A stretch of DNA of 64,000 nucleotides from Prorocentrum cordatum (lineage: Eukaryota). The notes under the pieces are model-generated. The model was given only the letters and a program-made list of their open reading frames with translations, was not told where the DNA came from and did not search any database. Below, in pieces: positions 23,481 to 37,319 of this stretch. Every line of letters begins with the position of its first letter. Within the stretch, counting starts at the first letter, position 1. The stretch covers positions 372,001 to 436,000 of the forward strand of contig CAUYUJ010000314.1 in the NCBI GenBank assembly GCA_963575745.1, read 5' to 3'. The position numbers and the translations under genes are program-made.

Positions 23481-24559
23481 GCGCCGCCCCTGACCCGAGG
23501 TGCCCCTCTGGCCTCGTGAGGGGCGCTCTGGAGGCGGGGGGGCCCCCGTAGAAGTCCTGGGCGCACCTTCGGCAAGAAGCCCCCGGATGCCCCGAGATGC
23601 CCCCAGACGGCCGAAGAGGTCTCCATGAGCGCTCCCTTGATGGGCGCAAGAGGCAAATGGTATTCCGTAGGTTTTTCTGTTTTTTGGACGATCTCGATTT
23701 TTCGAGCTTCCACCGCCCAACGGGCCCCCCAAAACTGCTCCGAAACGGCCCCAGAGGGCCCCAAGAGAGCCCTAAGACTGCCCGAGAGAACCCCAAGACG
23801 GCCCTAGAGGCGCCCAAGACGCCCCAAGAGAGCTCCGAGACGGCCCCAATAGGGTCCCAACTTGAACACAAATTGAACACACACCGCTTCCTCGGCAAGG
23901 ACGGCGGCGTATCAAATTTGTGATACATTGTTGGGGCTCTGGGGCCTTCCTGGGAGCTCCCTTGGCGCTCCTTTGGGCCCTCCCAAGATTTTCTCAACAG
24001 CTCCCGTGGGGGCTTGTGGGAGTTTCAGGAGAGCCCCTGGAGGTTTCTGGAGGCCCTCGAGGCCCCACAGATCTCCAGAGTCCGGAGGCCCCAGAAAAGC
24101 AAAACACGCCCCAGAACGTGCAATCGTCCGTTTACGTCCACAGACGACGGCGACCACCACCACCACCACGACCACTACGACGACCACCGCGACGATCATC
24201 GCGACGGCGGCGGCGGCGCCTGCGGCGGCGGCGCCCACGGGGGCGGCGGCGGCGGCGACGGCCTGGCAGCCCAGAGCTTCTGGGACCCTCCTCGGCCTCC
24301 GTGGCAGTCACGGCTCTTGCGCAGTCTGGGGAACATTCGAAACCTTCCGACGCGTCGCACGTCGATCATCGCACGGCTCCGCGACCGCCCACCGAGCCCT
24401 AAGCCACCCCAAAAGGCCAAGCACCTCCACGCAAGGGCGGCCCTTGCCTGGGGAACCTCTCCCTGGGTACTTTGGGTTTCGTGGATCAGCGCAAGGTCTA
24501 TTGACAACGACTGCGCAGTCGGCTAGAACCTAAGCGCGCGTAGCGCGCGTGGTTCTAGT

Positions 24560-25054
24560 GTGTGTATGTGTGTATATATGTATATACATACATATATAGA
24601 TTTGTATGTATGCATACAAATGTATATCGTTGTGTCAATCGATGAATACACACATGTATGTATGCATGCATGCATGTACGTAAGTATGTATGTATGTATG
24701 TCTGAATGCATGCATGCATGCATGTATGTACGTATGCATGTATGTATGTATGTATGTGTGTATGTATGCATGTATGTATGTCTGTATGTATGTATGTATG
24801 TATGTGTGTGTGTATGTATGCATGTACGTATGTATGTATGTATGTATGCATGTATGTATGTAATGTGTGTATGCGTGCATGCATGTATGTATGTATGTAT
24901 GTATGCATGCATGTATGTATGTATGTATGTATGTATGTGTGTATGTATGTATGCATGCATGTATGTATGTATGTACGTATGTTCGTACGTACGTGCGTAC
25001 GTACATACGTATGTATGTATGTATGGATGTATGTATGTATGTATGTAATGTATG

Positions 25055-25088
<34 letters not shown>

Positions 25089-25190
25089 TGTATGTATGTA
25101 TGTATGTATGTATGTATGTATGTGTGTATGTATGTGTGTATGTATGTATGTATGTATGTATGTATGTATGTATGTATGTATGTATGTATA
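24560..25190. repeat. (TATG)n / TA-rich microsatellite; similar tracts at 46440-46990, 50595-50995 and 52670-53290
   Basis: Directly visible. Confidence 0.97.
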
Positions 25191-26902
25191 CGTAGGTATA
25201 GCACTTTGGTCTTCCTCCGCCTCCTCTTCCTCGGGAATACACAGGATCCCGGGTTCGCCATGGATTTCAAGGGACTTTGTGTTGCGAGCCCAGGAGTCCG
25301 ATTAATTTCGTGAATTTTGTAGGAGACGCATTCTGGAAAACGCACGATCTTGCAAATGAGTGACGTTCGGGGTCCTTCGCGTGGCCACAACACGGGCTCG
25401 CTCGTGGGCCCAAGTCGCCCGGTCGCGCGATGCAAGGCAATAGGAAGCAACGCCCCAAAGTTCCGCATCGTATTTCGCGTTAGTCCACGCTCTCGCTTGA
25501 CATTGCGAACCATTTCCCGTCTGCCGCAGGTCTTTTTGCGTAGGCTCCTCATTGGAGAACCTCTTGAGGGCCTCTCGAATGCCTCTCAAGGCTTTGGGGA
25601 CCTCTGCAGGCCTCCTTGGCGCCTCTTTGGGCCGTCTTGGGGGTCCTTGTGAAGTCCGTGTGGGCCATCTTGGGTCCCTCTGGGGCCGTCCTGGGGCCTT
25701 TTTGGAGAACTTGGGCCGTCGTAGTGACCTCCCATGGCCCTCGTGGGTCTCTGTTTGGAGCCTTTGGGGGCCTCGTGAGCTTCTTTCGGACCGTTTTGGG
25801 GAAATCTTAGGGTCCTCTTTGTCCGAACGCTGCTACGACACAACAAACGAAGATGCTTAAAGGCACGCGTTCCTTGGGGAATGGGGCGTTTTTTGCCTTG
25901 TGGGGATCTCCCATGACCCTCGTGGGTCTCTCCTGGGAGCCTTTGGGAGCCTCGTGAGCTTCTTTTGGGCCGCCTCGGGGCTGTCTTGGGGTCCTCTTGG
26001 CACGGCTTGAAGCCTTCTTTGGGACCTCTTGGGCCGCCTTGGGGCGATCTCGCAGGCTTCTTGGGCCGTCTTGGACGCTGCTACGACAAACAAATTAATA
26101 TGCTAAACGGGTACGTTTCCCTTCGGGAATGTGGCGTCTTTTGCCTCTTGGGGGCTCTCCTGAAGGCCTCTTGGGGCGTCTTTGGGGCCTCTTGGGCCGT
26201 CCTGGGGGCCTCTTAGGCCGTCTTGAGGCCGTCTTGCGCTGCTGTGGGTCTCTCCTGGGGAACTTGGGCCTCTTGGGGACCACATATGGCCCTCGTGGGT
26301 CTTTCTTGGTAGCCTTTTGGGGGCCTCGTGAGCTTCTTTTGGGTTGTCTTGAGACAGTGTTGGGGTCATCTTGGCCCGGCTCGAAGCCCTCTTGGGGACC
26401 TCTTGGGCTGCTGTGGGGTGATCTCGCAGGCTTCTTGGGCCGTCTTGGACGCTGCTACGATACAAAAACCGAATGTGCCACACGTGTATGCTTCCCCTAG
26501 GGAATGGGGCGTTTTTTGCTTCTTGGGGGATCTTCGGAAGGCCTCTTGGGGCGTCTTTGGGGCTTCTTGGGCCGTCTTGAGGTTGTCTTTCGCTGCCGTG
26601 GGGCTCTCCTGCTCCTCTCCGACCGCTTCTCTGATCGCCTTGGCTTGCTGGCAAGGCCCCGCAAGGCGCCCTGGGAGGCGCGACAGGGCTGGGGGGCCTC
26701 TCCCAAGGGCGTCCAGGGGGGCCTAAAGCTCCAGATCGAGGGGGTCTGTTTTTCCGAACCATCCTATGGTGTTGGGTCCTCGTTTTGAAGAGACGTCGCC
26801 CCGCGTTCTCCCCTCCTCTCCTCCTCTCCTCCTCCTCCTCCTCCTCCTCCTGCTCCTCCTCCTCCTGCTCCTCCTCCTCCTCCCCCTTCCTCTCTCCTCC
26901 CG

Positions 26903-26994
<92 letters not shown>

Positions 26995-27071
26995 GTCATC
27001 GTCGTCATCGTCATCGTCATCATCGTCATCATCGTCATCATCGTCAGCATCGTCATCATCGTCATCATCAT

Positions 27072-27702
27072 CACACGTTTCGTGGCCCCATAGGGAGCTC
27101 CACCGAAGGTCCCAGTGGTGTGCCCGCATGCGTCCCGCACACCCATTTCGGCCCACCCCTCACACGTTTCGTGGCCCCATAGGGAGCTCCACCGAAGGTC
27201 CCAGTGGGTGTGCCCGCATGCGTCCCGCACACCCATTTCGGCACACCCCTCACACGTTTCGTGGCCCCATAGGGAGCTCCACCGAAGGTCCCAGTGGGTG
27301 TGCCCGCATGCGTCCCGCACACCCATTTCGGCACACCCCTCACACGTTTCGTGGCCCCATAGGGAGCTCCACCGAAGGCCCAAGGCCCCAGTGGGTGTGC
27401 CCGCATGCGTCCCGCACACCCATTTCGGCACACCCCTCACACGTTTCGTGGCCCCATAGGGAGCTCCACCGAAGGTCCCAGTGGGTGTGCCCGCATGCGT
27501 CCCGCGCACCCATTTCGGTACACCACTCACACGCTTCGTGGCTCCATAGGGAGCTCCATCGAAGGCCCCTGCCACAGCCCGCATGCGTCCCGCACACCCA
27601 TTTCGGCACACCCCATACACGTTTCGTGGCCCCATAGGGAGCTCCACCGAAGGCCCCAGTGCCACCGCCCGCATGCGCCCCCCACACGAATTTTGGCACA
27701 CC
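27072..27702 (+). repeat. 90-bp tandem satellite, about 7 copies
   Basis: Unit CACACGTTTCGTGGCCCCATAGGGAGCTCCACCGAAGGTCCCAGTGGGTGTGCCCGCATGCGTCCCGCACACCCATTTCGGCACACCCCT starts at 27161, 27251 and 27341. Confidence 0.97.
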
Positions 27703-28507
27703 CCGCGCCGCGGACGACCCGCGCGCGGCGACCAGCGCGCGTCGCGGGAAGTCCGTGCTGCGTTCTTCCCTGCGCCTCGCTCGCCCGTCGTCGCTCTGCC
27801 CAGCGGTCAGGGCCTTGCCCGCTATCAGCCAGCCAGCTAGCTAGCTAGCTCTCTTTGCTCCGCGCAGCGGACGCCCCGCGCGCGTCGCTGGGACCCTTCC
27901 AGGGCGTCCGGCGCGCGTCGCGGGGACTCCGCGCCGCGCTGCGCCCGCAGCTTTGAACTTAGGAGTGCGCGGGCAAAGTGGGAGGAAAAGAAGGGAAGGA
28001 AGCGGGCGCGATCCTCGTGAGGGGCGTGCCGACATGGGCGTCGCGGCGTGCGGGCGCTGCCGGCGGGGTTCCCGCGGAAGCTTTCTGCGGCGGCCACGTT
28101 CAGTGTCACGAGTGCACAGACAGGCATACCCGAACCATTCACATTCATCTGGATTTACAGGAGGCGTAGCCATGATCGCATTCGTGCAAGTATATTCGCT
28201 CGCGTGCAGACTCATTCATAGTTCGACTCACTCGCGCTCAGATTCACCCGCGCTCAGTCTTTCGTAATTCGACCACTCTTCCTTCGTGTTGTGTACCCCG
28301 CCACATCTCGGCACGCCCCTCATTCGGTTCGTGGGCACCACCGAAGAAGATACTCACAATCGCGGTGCTCACAACTGCATATGTTTGGGTCCTTCGCCCA
28401 GATAATTTTCGGGGGGGCTTCCCGGCAGCCCGGGGAGTCCGAAATTCGTTCGGGCGGGGGGCCTTCTCCGGGGTCTCCGGCCCTATAAACAAATAAATGC
28501 ATCAACA

Positions 28508-28565
<58 letters not shown>

Positions 28566-31558
28566 CCTTCAATAAATGCAGACAATAAATATATACATAC
28601 ATACATTCTTACATGCATACATGAACACATAAGTACGTTAATTCACACACAAATCTATGAATGCATACATGCGTACATAGGTACACACATAAACGTTACA
28701 TATACATTCATACTAAAATATGAATGCTGGTGGCGTGCCACGGGTCCTGGCCGGGCCCCGAGACCGTCGGAAAACGGCCCGGGATGATCGGCCGTACCTC
28801 GGTGGGTAGGCGTCGTGAGAAGCTGCCGGCGTCGGCTGCCTGGGATCGCACCCGACCGATCCCGCGGCCTCGTGCACGGTCGGTGCAGGCCGCGCCCGTC
28901 TCGACGATCGCCGATCGCGTGGAGGTCCGCCGATCTGAGCTGCCTTGACGCGCCCGCTTTGATGCGCACCGCGTGCCGTGCTCAGAACGCCTGTGTCAAT
29001 ACGCTGCGTTGCGTGCTGGCTCAGCGCATTGGCCCACGTCTGGGCGAGCGTATCGCGCCAGACCTGCGTTTTCAGTCCACGCGTTGAGCTTCGTAGCAGT
29101 GCGCTACGTGTTGCGTGTCGCGTGTCGGGGCAGCTAGGCCGCCGATCGATCAGATGAGCCGTCCATGGTCGGTGCGGCGACCGCAGCTGCTGACACCTCC
29201 GATCAGCGCGACCTTGCAACCGCTTCTGCCACTCGCCTCGGGGGAAACGGGTCCTGAGGGAAACGGGCCCCGAGGCTTTCGGCCGTTCTCAAGCACTCGG
29301 GGCCCTCCACGGGCCGCGGGATTGTCAGAGAACGATTCAGAATGAAGGTCTCGCCTTTGGGGGAGGGCCCCGGGGTCCAGGAACCGGTTCCCTCAAGACT
29401 CGTTTCGCCCATGCTAAAAGCCATTGAGCGAGCGATGGTGCCCGCGATCGCGGCTTGCGATCTCATGGTGCCGGCCCTGTGCCAAATCACCGAGCGCGTT
29501 CCCCTGCTCGCAGAGTGCCCACTCGCGAACGTCCGAAACGCCACGTGTGTGCTTCTCTGTGATGGATCTTCCGGGCCACTTGCGGGTACAGCTGGCGCGA
29601 GGGCTAAAAACACAGTCATAGTTCTGGCTGGGTACCCTGACGATCTTCGCCGTTGGGCCCTCCACCTCGGAATGCTCTTCGCTCTGGACATCTCCACGGG
29701 GCACAGGGCTCCCGGCGAAGGGGGGGGCCTGTGCTCCTGTCCCACGCTCTTGTGACCCTGTTTCGATGGCATGCTTACCCTCCGAGCCGCGGAGCGCGCT
29801 CGCCTGGCCGAGGCGCCCCTCGGGAGGGCGGGGCGCCGGCTGCCCCCGCAGAGTGCCTGGCGGGCGCGCCGCAGGAGCCCCCCTCCCTCCGACGCTCCAC
29901 GGGCACGGCTGCCCCCCTCCCTCCCGCCCCCGCGCTTCTCGCGGGGCGGCTCGTGCAGCCCCCGGCGCTTGCACGCTGGGCGTGCCGGGGAGAGCTGCTG
30001 CTCACGGCCGGGCCGAGGTGGAAGGTCGAGAGTCGGCCCGGGGAGAGGGTGCCCTGGTGCGCTTCTTGGTTGCTGGGTGTTCCTGTGCATCCTGGGGGAG
30101 GGTGAGGAGGGGCGGCCTTCTCAGAAGGCCTGGAATCAGGAGGGGAAAAAACACACAGACGCAATTAATCGTCGATTCCCCAGAAAATATGGGAAAGTAT
30201 GGGAAGTGGGGGGGGAGACAAAAACCCAGGAAATATAAGAAAATATGGGGAATTATTTTACTTGTGTGTATCTATTTGTGTGTCCTGGGGCCCCTTCATG
30301 GCAGCCCCCCGGCCTCCCGAGAAGTTGTCGAAGCCCCCGCCGAAGACCCTGACAACTTCTCAGAAGGCGCGAGGGGCTGCTGCAGCCGGACCGAGGTGCA
30401 AGATCGAGGTGGGCTCGGGGAGGGTACCCCAGTGCTCGATTTGCAGGACGAAATCGAAAACAAGGGGGGCGATGCAGACCAGCCACGGGACACCGCGCGG
30501 CGAGGTTGTCACGCAGTCGCCTCGCCGCGAGCCGTGAGCTGGCCAGGGGCGCTGGTCACGGAAGCTGTGCCGATGGAGCTTCAGACCTTGGAGGGTTCCC
30601 TGTCTGATGAGGGCGCCGGTGACATCCATGGCCAGCCGTAGATTGGAGCTCCAGTGGCTCCCAGACCCAGGAATCCTTACCCAAGGGTTCCTTATCTGGC
30701 GGCGACCCCGTACCCCCGTTGTCGCCACCCCGCGGCGAGCTGCCTCCGTGTCTGGCCAGCGAGAGGATTCGCGGGCCCAGGCTGCGCAGGGGAGGCCCCG
30801 CCGCAGGTGGATTCGATACGGCGTCGTCTGGATTTCTCTCTCTGGCTCTCTCTCTCTCTCTCTCTTCCTGTTTCTCTCTCTCTCTCTCTTCCTGTCTCTC
30901 TCTCTCTCTCTCCTCAGAGGCGGGAGTTCATACATGACCACCGCCCGGAGGGTCAGTTTTCGGAGCCTCGGCAGGCGGTGGATGTGAACACATTCGGGCC
31001 CCCAGGGGCCGAGATATGTCCAGGTCCACCGCCCGCTGGGGCACCAGGACGTCGGTTTTCCCAGGCGGTGGAGACGGAGAAGTCCCCGCCTCGCAGTCTT
31101 TGGCTGCCCAGTGCGGATACGGGAGGCCATCGGCCAGCCCACCCCCCCTCCCACCGGATGGCTCTGGCTGCCTCGCAGGCTCTGGCTGCCGCCTCGCCGG
31201 GAGGCCCGAGGCTGCGAGGCATCGGCCAGTCCCCGCCTCGCAGGCTCTGGCTGCCCAGTGCGGGCACGGGAGGCCCTCGGCCAGCCCCCCCCCCCCTCCC
31301 ACCGGATAGCCCGATCTGCGGTCGGGGCGCTCAAGAGAACCACTCTGGGCGTGGCTCGCCGTGGCCAGAGAAGCCCTTTCGTCCCTTCCCCGGCGTTCCG
31401 CGTGGTAGCGCGACGATTGCACCGCCGACAAAGAGTACCACATCTCCTGAGTGTGTGTGTGTGTGTGGGTGTCTTTCTTTTTGTTGCTCTCTCTCTCTCT
31501 CTCTTTTTCTCTCTCGCTCGATGCCATCGCTACGCTGTGCGCACACGTTTCTGGCGAG

Positions 31559-32939
31559 GGCGCCCATCTCCCAAGAGGAGATCACGCCGCTGGCCTCTCC
31601 TCCGACGGACGCTGCGCCGCCCCGACAGGCGCGCGCCAGTGGCGCCGACGGCAAGGCCCAGGCAGTGACAGCTGAATCGGTCGACGAGGACAAGTCCAGC
31701 TCGCCGCGTGCACGCCCTGCAGATCTTTGCGCAGTTTCTCCGGTGCCTGACCGCTCCGGCCGCGTCGACGAGAGTTCGGTCATGGCCTCTGCGGCTGCTT
31801 GCATCGAGGGTGGACATCCCGAATGGTCCGACGCCAGCGCCAGCTTGCCCAGCCGCACACCTGCCGATCACGCGGAGCGCAGCACCGCCACAGAGGCAGC
31901 TGCCGTCGCCACTGCCAGCTTTGGAGTCCCAGCGACAGCAGCCGCGGCACCCGACGTCGACAACACAGCCTCCTCGCGCGCGGCGGATCAGATGGCCGAG
32001 CGTGGCGGGGAGCCTCTGCCGCCCGCCTCTTCTGCCCTTCCCAGCGCAGAGGCTGCGGCCCCCAGCCCGCCCTGCGGCGGCGGCGGCGGCAGCGCTGACG
32101 GCCTGGCCAGCGGCGGGTGCGCGGCCGGCGCGGGCGTCGGCGTGGATGCCGATCCGCCGTTTCCCGCCCCTCGTCTCGTGGCTCGCCTCGGCTCGTGGCT
32201 GCGTGGCTGCGTGGCTGCCACCCCGTGGCTCGCGGCCGCGGACGCCGCGGCGCCCAGCCGTGCGGCTGCTAGCAGCGCCGAGTGCGTGGCAGCGGCAGCC
32301 GTGGTGGCCGCGCCGGACTGCCCGGCGCCCACTGGCGGCCCTGCGTTCGGCGCGGCGGCGGAGGCCGCGACCACGACGCTGCACGGCAGAGCGCCTGGCG
32401 GCGGCTCTGCCAGCGCCGCAGAGGCGGAGGTGGCGGCCGCCGACGGTGTGGCACCCGACCGCGGGCCAGCCTGCAGTGCAGAAGCGGCGGCCACGCCCGA
32501 CGGCAAGGCACCCGCGGAAGTCAGCGCAGGCCGCGGCGCCGCAGCCCGGCTCGCAGAGGCCAGCGCTCACGTGGCGCCCAGCGGCGATCCCGCCCGCGGC
32601 GCGGGGGCAGCGGTGCCCGACGGGGCGGTGGTGCTCGGCAGTGGCGGGCCCTCCGGCGGCTCGGAGGCAGGCGCCGCCTCGAGCGGGGCGCCCTCGCAGC
32701 CCGCGCCGGGAGCCCCGCTGGCGTGGCCGGCCAGCCCCGCCAGCCCTGCCAGCCCTGCCAGCCCAGCCGGCTCGGGCGGCCTGGGCGGCCCTGCCAGCCC
32801 AGCAGACCAGTTGCTCAGCCCGGCCAGCCCGGCCACCTCAGCCAGAGCGGCGAGGGGGAAGCCGTCGCCGTCTCCTCAGCCTCCCCCACCGCCTTCGGCG
32901 GCGGGACGCGGCTCCGCGGGCGCAGGTCAGGAGGGGGAT

Positions 32940-32972
<33 letters not shown>

Positions 32973-33185
32973 GAGAAGGAGAAGGAGGAGGAGGAGGAGG
33001 GGGAGGGGGAGGAGCAGGAGGAGGAGGAGGAGCAGGAGGAGGAGGAGGAGGAGCAGGAGAAGGAGGAGGAGGAGGAGGAGGAGGAGGGAGGAGGAGGAGA
33101 GGAGGAGGAGGAGGAGGCGGCGGGACCAGGGCCCCCCATTGGTGCGGGGGTGAGGAGCCACCCAGCTGCCCCGGGCGAGGAATAG
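31559..33185 (+). CDS. Candidate exon(s) of an Ala/Pro/Ser-rich low-complexity protein with SPA repeats; 3' end uncertain (possible donor CAG|GT at ~32925)
   Basis: Long open frame within ORF 30654-33185 with GNN-biased codons and a protein-like composition. It starts after a CT/GT tract and an AG|G site. Confidence 0.55.
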
Positions 33186-33289
33186 GAGGATCGAGGAGGA
33201 GGAGGAGGAGGAGGAGGAGGAGAGGAGGAGGGAGGAGGAGGAGGAGGAGGAGGAGGAGGAGGAGGAGGAGGAGGCGACCTTTTGATTCG

Positions 33290-36200
33290 CACAGCGGTCG
33301 AGGCCGAGTCTGGTGACGTTATGTGGTAGCATTCCTTCCTCCTCTTCCTCGAAAAAATCGGTTCGTCGTATGTCATCATTTCCTGGTTGCCGCTGGGCAG
33401 TAGGAGCGCGCGCATAATGTGCATGGGTACAGGCATCTGGCAGATGACGAGTTCGAGGTGAACTGCCCGCCCCGCCCTCCCCCGGGCGATGCTGAAACCA
33501 AACCTCGCGCAGGTGCAACTCGTGCGCTTGTTCCTGGACGTGCTCGAGCAGGCGAGTTACCAGGACTGCCTGTGGAATGCCAGCGATGCACCCCAGTCGT
33601 TATAGGTGCTCTCGGCCGCTGCACCCATAGGGGCGTTGATCGCTCGGTACTGTCAGAGATGATGGTACAACATGGTCGCCGCCATCTTCAGATAACCAGT
33701 TGCCGTCAGCAGGAGGACGTTCACCTCGTGCCCCAGGGGCTCGGGCGTGGCTTGCTTCCGCATGCCCCTCTGCCTGTGGCTGGTCATGCTGCCGAGTTGT
33801 TTTTTGAGGTGGTCGCTTCTGTCGGAGGCTTCTGTCGGTCACCTCAGAAGTCCCTTCGTCGCCAGAAACAGGAAACGTCTGCTGCTCAGCAATTTGTCGT
33901 ACCTACACTGCGTGTTCCTCCTGAAACAGCTCCAGTTCTTCGGACTGCCACGCCTCGAACTCACACCCTTGAGCTTCGTCATCTTGAATCATTTGCAGCT
34001 CCTCCATCGCCTCCTTCTCAAGGGCTGCTCTCGTGGTTTGAACTCTCCCGGTACACTGCTAGTCCTCGCTCGCAGCGTTGTCGTAGTTGTGGTCTTCCTT
34101 GTCCACGGTGCTGCGACGCTGGCGCCACGGGCCCTCGCCACGGTCTATGATGTCTTCTGGGAAGGCCGTTGCCCCGGGGGCGTGCACCTCATCGCCAGGC
34201 CGAGGAGGCTCCTTCACCTGAGCTTTACTGCCAGCATCAAGTAACTCACGAGCCGGGGGCTGCGGCGACCCACAGACCACGCAGCACCCTGCTTTTTGGA
34301 TATCAGCCCTGCCGCGCATCTCGCGCATGAGGTTCTGGAAATCTGCATCATCACATGCAGCATGAGGAGGGTGGTCGAGACTAAGTTGTGCACCACTCTG
34401 GCTTAGAAACGCGCTCGCCATATCCTCGGTTTTTCGCAAGCGCTCCTGGTCGGATACATGCCTACATGCCCATCTAAGGCTTCCCTGGGAGCATTTTGTA
34501 AGTCCACGTCCTGCATGTCTTACAAGGCCTCGAGGTCTTCCAACTCAGCTCGCGGTTCCTCCGTGAGCCAGGCGCCTGCCCGAGCATCATCATTTGCTTT
34601 CTCCTCTTCGACATCAGGCTTAAATCAAGGCCCGACACGCTGTCAACGTTCTTCCTGAACCGTCGAGCCCTGTTCAGCTTGTTCCAGTAGCCTCTTGCTC
34701 AAGGACAGCCGCGTGCTTTCGCCTCTCGCGTGACCCACTTGTAGATGGGGGTGCCAATTCCGCACGCGCTGGATCTGCGCACGGATCAACTCGCATGATG
34801 TGGGCCGGCCAGGGCGCAACATACACGCCGCTGACTTGGCCAAGGGGAACTGTCGGAGCCACCGTCGTCCTTCTTTGCCTCTGGTGGCCCCAGTGTGATG
34901 GAGCACCCGGACGTAGATCAGCGCCTGGTGGGTGAGTCGGTGTCGACCTAGGTGCAGCCCTACCCGAGGACTTGCTCGTCGCCTTGAGCGCATCATTTGC
35001 TGCGTGTGCTGCTCGAAGTTTTTCTTCTAACTTTACGTAGCGTTCGTCTGCCACCTTGACTGGTCCCACGGCCTCGGTGCTGAACTTTAACGGCGCGCTG
35101 ACGAGCTGTTCCCACTGTAGCTGCCTGCGCTGTTCGTCGGGCTCCTGCAAAACACCCCATTGGCACATTCTCGACTTGCCGACGACCATTCCATTTCTTT
35201 GTACTCGCTGTTCAGTCTGTTCTTCCTGCGATCGAATGGCCATCTCATGCTGGGACGTGAGCCTCTGCTTCAGAGTGTCGGGCTCAGCTCGCAAGTATTT
35301 TGTTGATATCGTGCCTGCCATTCTGACTGCAGCCGTGCCGCGCCAAGTTGCAGAGCATGCCGGTGCTGCTGCCTGCGCATCACAAGGTGGCGATGGTGCT
35401 GTGCAGCTGCTTGCCTCTGTCACGTCGCCCACTCGGTACCCGCCTCACGATGCTGGGCGGCTTCGACCTCTTGAAAAATCTCCCGTCCCTCGGCTCGGTG
35501 CCTGCCTTCGCCGCCTCCTGCAGCGCGCTACGGCTTCCCGCCGTCGCCACTGCCAGCGGCTGCCGCTCTTCCCGAGGCCCCTCCCTGCCCCCGTGCAGCG
35601 CCGAGCGGAGCATGGTGCTGCGGCGGAGGCCTGAGGGCCAGAGCGAACCTGCTCTGGGCGTGGTGCTGCGGGCTCGAGCCCTGCTGGTCGAGCTTCGTCC
35701 TGTCCTCGATGCTGGTTCCCAAGCTGGCAGGCTACGCAGCAGGCCTTTCCAACTTCATGCGCGCCTCTGTCTGCATCCAGCAGGGAAGCGCTGCATCGCG
35801 CGTGACTGCCGTGGGCGATGGGGTTGGTTGGTCGCAGTTCTGCGCGAGGTTTCGGCTGTATTGGAGCTGCATGTCCTGGTACTTGCTTTGCCACCGCCAT
35901 CTCGATCTCCAACTCTGTGGGGGCTGGCTCTCGGGGGGGAGGGGGCGGTGGTGGTGGTGGCGGCGGTATCTCAATAGCTATTGACAGCGCTTTTCGACGG
36001 TCATGTCTATCTCCATCGCTGCTCGGTGGGATCCTTCTGTGCCCTGGGTAACTTCTCGAAACAGGTCTTCTCAGTACAACGAGATGTGACCCTCGAAAAA
36101 AGCATCAGCTTTCAGTGCTGCCAGCTGTTTTTTTCAACGCCTCATACCTAGTCGTACCTCGGCGAACACCATATCGGGCTTGTTTCTCCTGTTCTGGAGG

Positions 36201-36720
36201 TGACCTGAGCTGCCACAGCAGGTACAATACCCGAGGACTGCCATCTCACGCTCTTGTGCCGCAGTTGTCGTCATCGTTCGCCTTCATTTTGAAGCAATCT
36301 CAGCCAACGTGTTCAGCTTCGAGTGGATCTTGCCTCTATGGCGCACAACAGACGAATGGTTTGTGGGGGGCCTTGTAGATCCGGTGCTTCTCGGCGTAGC
36401 TTGTGGTGCACCTCATGCAGTCGTCTACGCACGTCTTGGGATCATCCTCCTGCTTTGGGTGAGCCCTTAGCCCTAACCTCATCATCGTGCTGCCTCTGAC
36501 TGTGTGACCGATATGTCATACTACATACTAGGGCCCGACATCGGGTATCGTCAGATCCGTTCCGAGTGCCACGCTCAGTGCATTTCCATCCTGAAGTCGA
36601 AGCTGCTGCGCTCTTCCCGCGAATTCCATACTCCGTGAAGAGTGATGCCCTGAAAGACCAAGCGCAGCACTGTGAAGTCTGAGTAGAGAGCGTGCTGCGG
36701 CCCGGTCAGGTCGGGTTCGC
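33290..36720 (-). mobile_element. Possible heavily decayed retrotransposon gag/pol-like relic
   Basis: Non-repetitive, lower-GC block with interrupted minus-strand ORFs (34059-34439, 34674-35432) and a zinc-knuckle-like CTCCGSSGH (~36199-36228) lacking the last Cys. No RT or integrase motif was recognised. Confidence 0.3.
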
Positions 36721-37319
36721 CGGTGCCAGGCGGGCGATCTCTTGCGCTTGGTCGTAGGTGGTGATGCCGCGCCCGCCTCCTGGCGGTGGGGGCGGTCGCG
36801 GGCCGAATGCCGCTCTGAGCCCCAGCCTCACGCTGGGCAGCCCGGTGGCGCGGCGCTGCGGCTACGCGCGCCGCGGACGCCCACCCCCCCCCACCACTTT
36901 GCGGTTTTCCTCCTCCTCCCTCTCCTCCTCCTCTTCCTCCTCCTCCTCCTCCTCCTCCTCCTCCTCCTCTTCCCCCACAGTGGTGCAAAAGGTCCCCTCC
37001 CGTAGCCGCATCCTGTTCTTTCTCCTCCTGACCTTCCCTGACCTGCATTGCGGCAGTGTACCTCCTCCTCGCCTTCTTCCTCGCGGAGGGCCCGCCTGAA
37101 GGTTTTGGTTCACCTCCACAATGCAGGAAACCGCCATGATATCCATACCAGTGAGCGATTTCTCTCCCCCCTCCCCCTCCTTCTGGCGGTCTCTTGGCAG
37201 CGTTTCCAAGGCCTATACGAGGGTCCTGGGGGCATATTGGCAGCCGCGCCCCCAAGATAATGCCCCACGACCTCCTTGGCCCTCTCTTGGGGCCCTCTTG
37301 GGCTCTCTGGGGAAGAGGC

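Noticed and set aside
24523..25552. HTYI/MYVC-repeat ORFs (also at 46.3-47.0, 50.7-51.0 and 52.5-53.4 kb)
   Set aside because: They are translations of (TATG)n repeats.
27232..27246. SL-like CCATTTCGGCACA inside the 90-bp satellite, suggesting origin from an SL gene array
   Set aside because: Only 11/13 matches, with neither the CCGTAG start nor the AAG-GT end; chance similarity is plausible.
27072..27702. CRISPR-like array (also considered for 51395-52145 and 23281-23480)
   Set aside because: The whole unit repeats, there are no unique spacers and no cas genes, and the context is eukaryotic.
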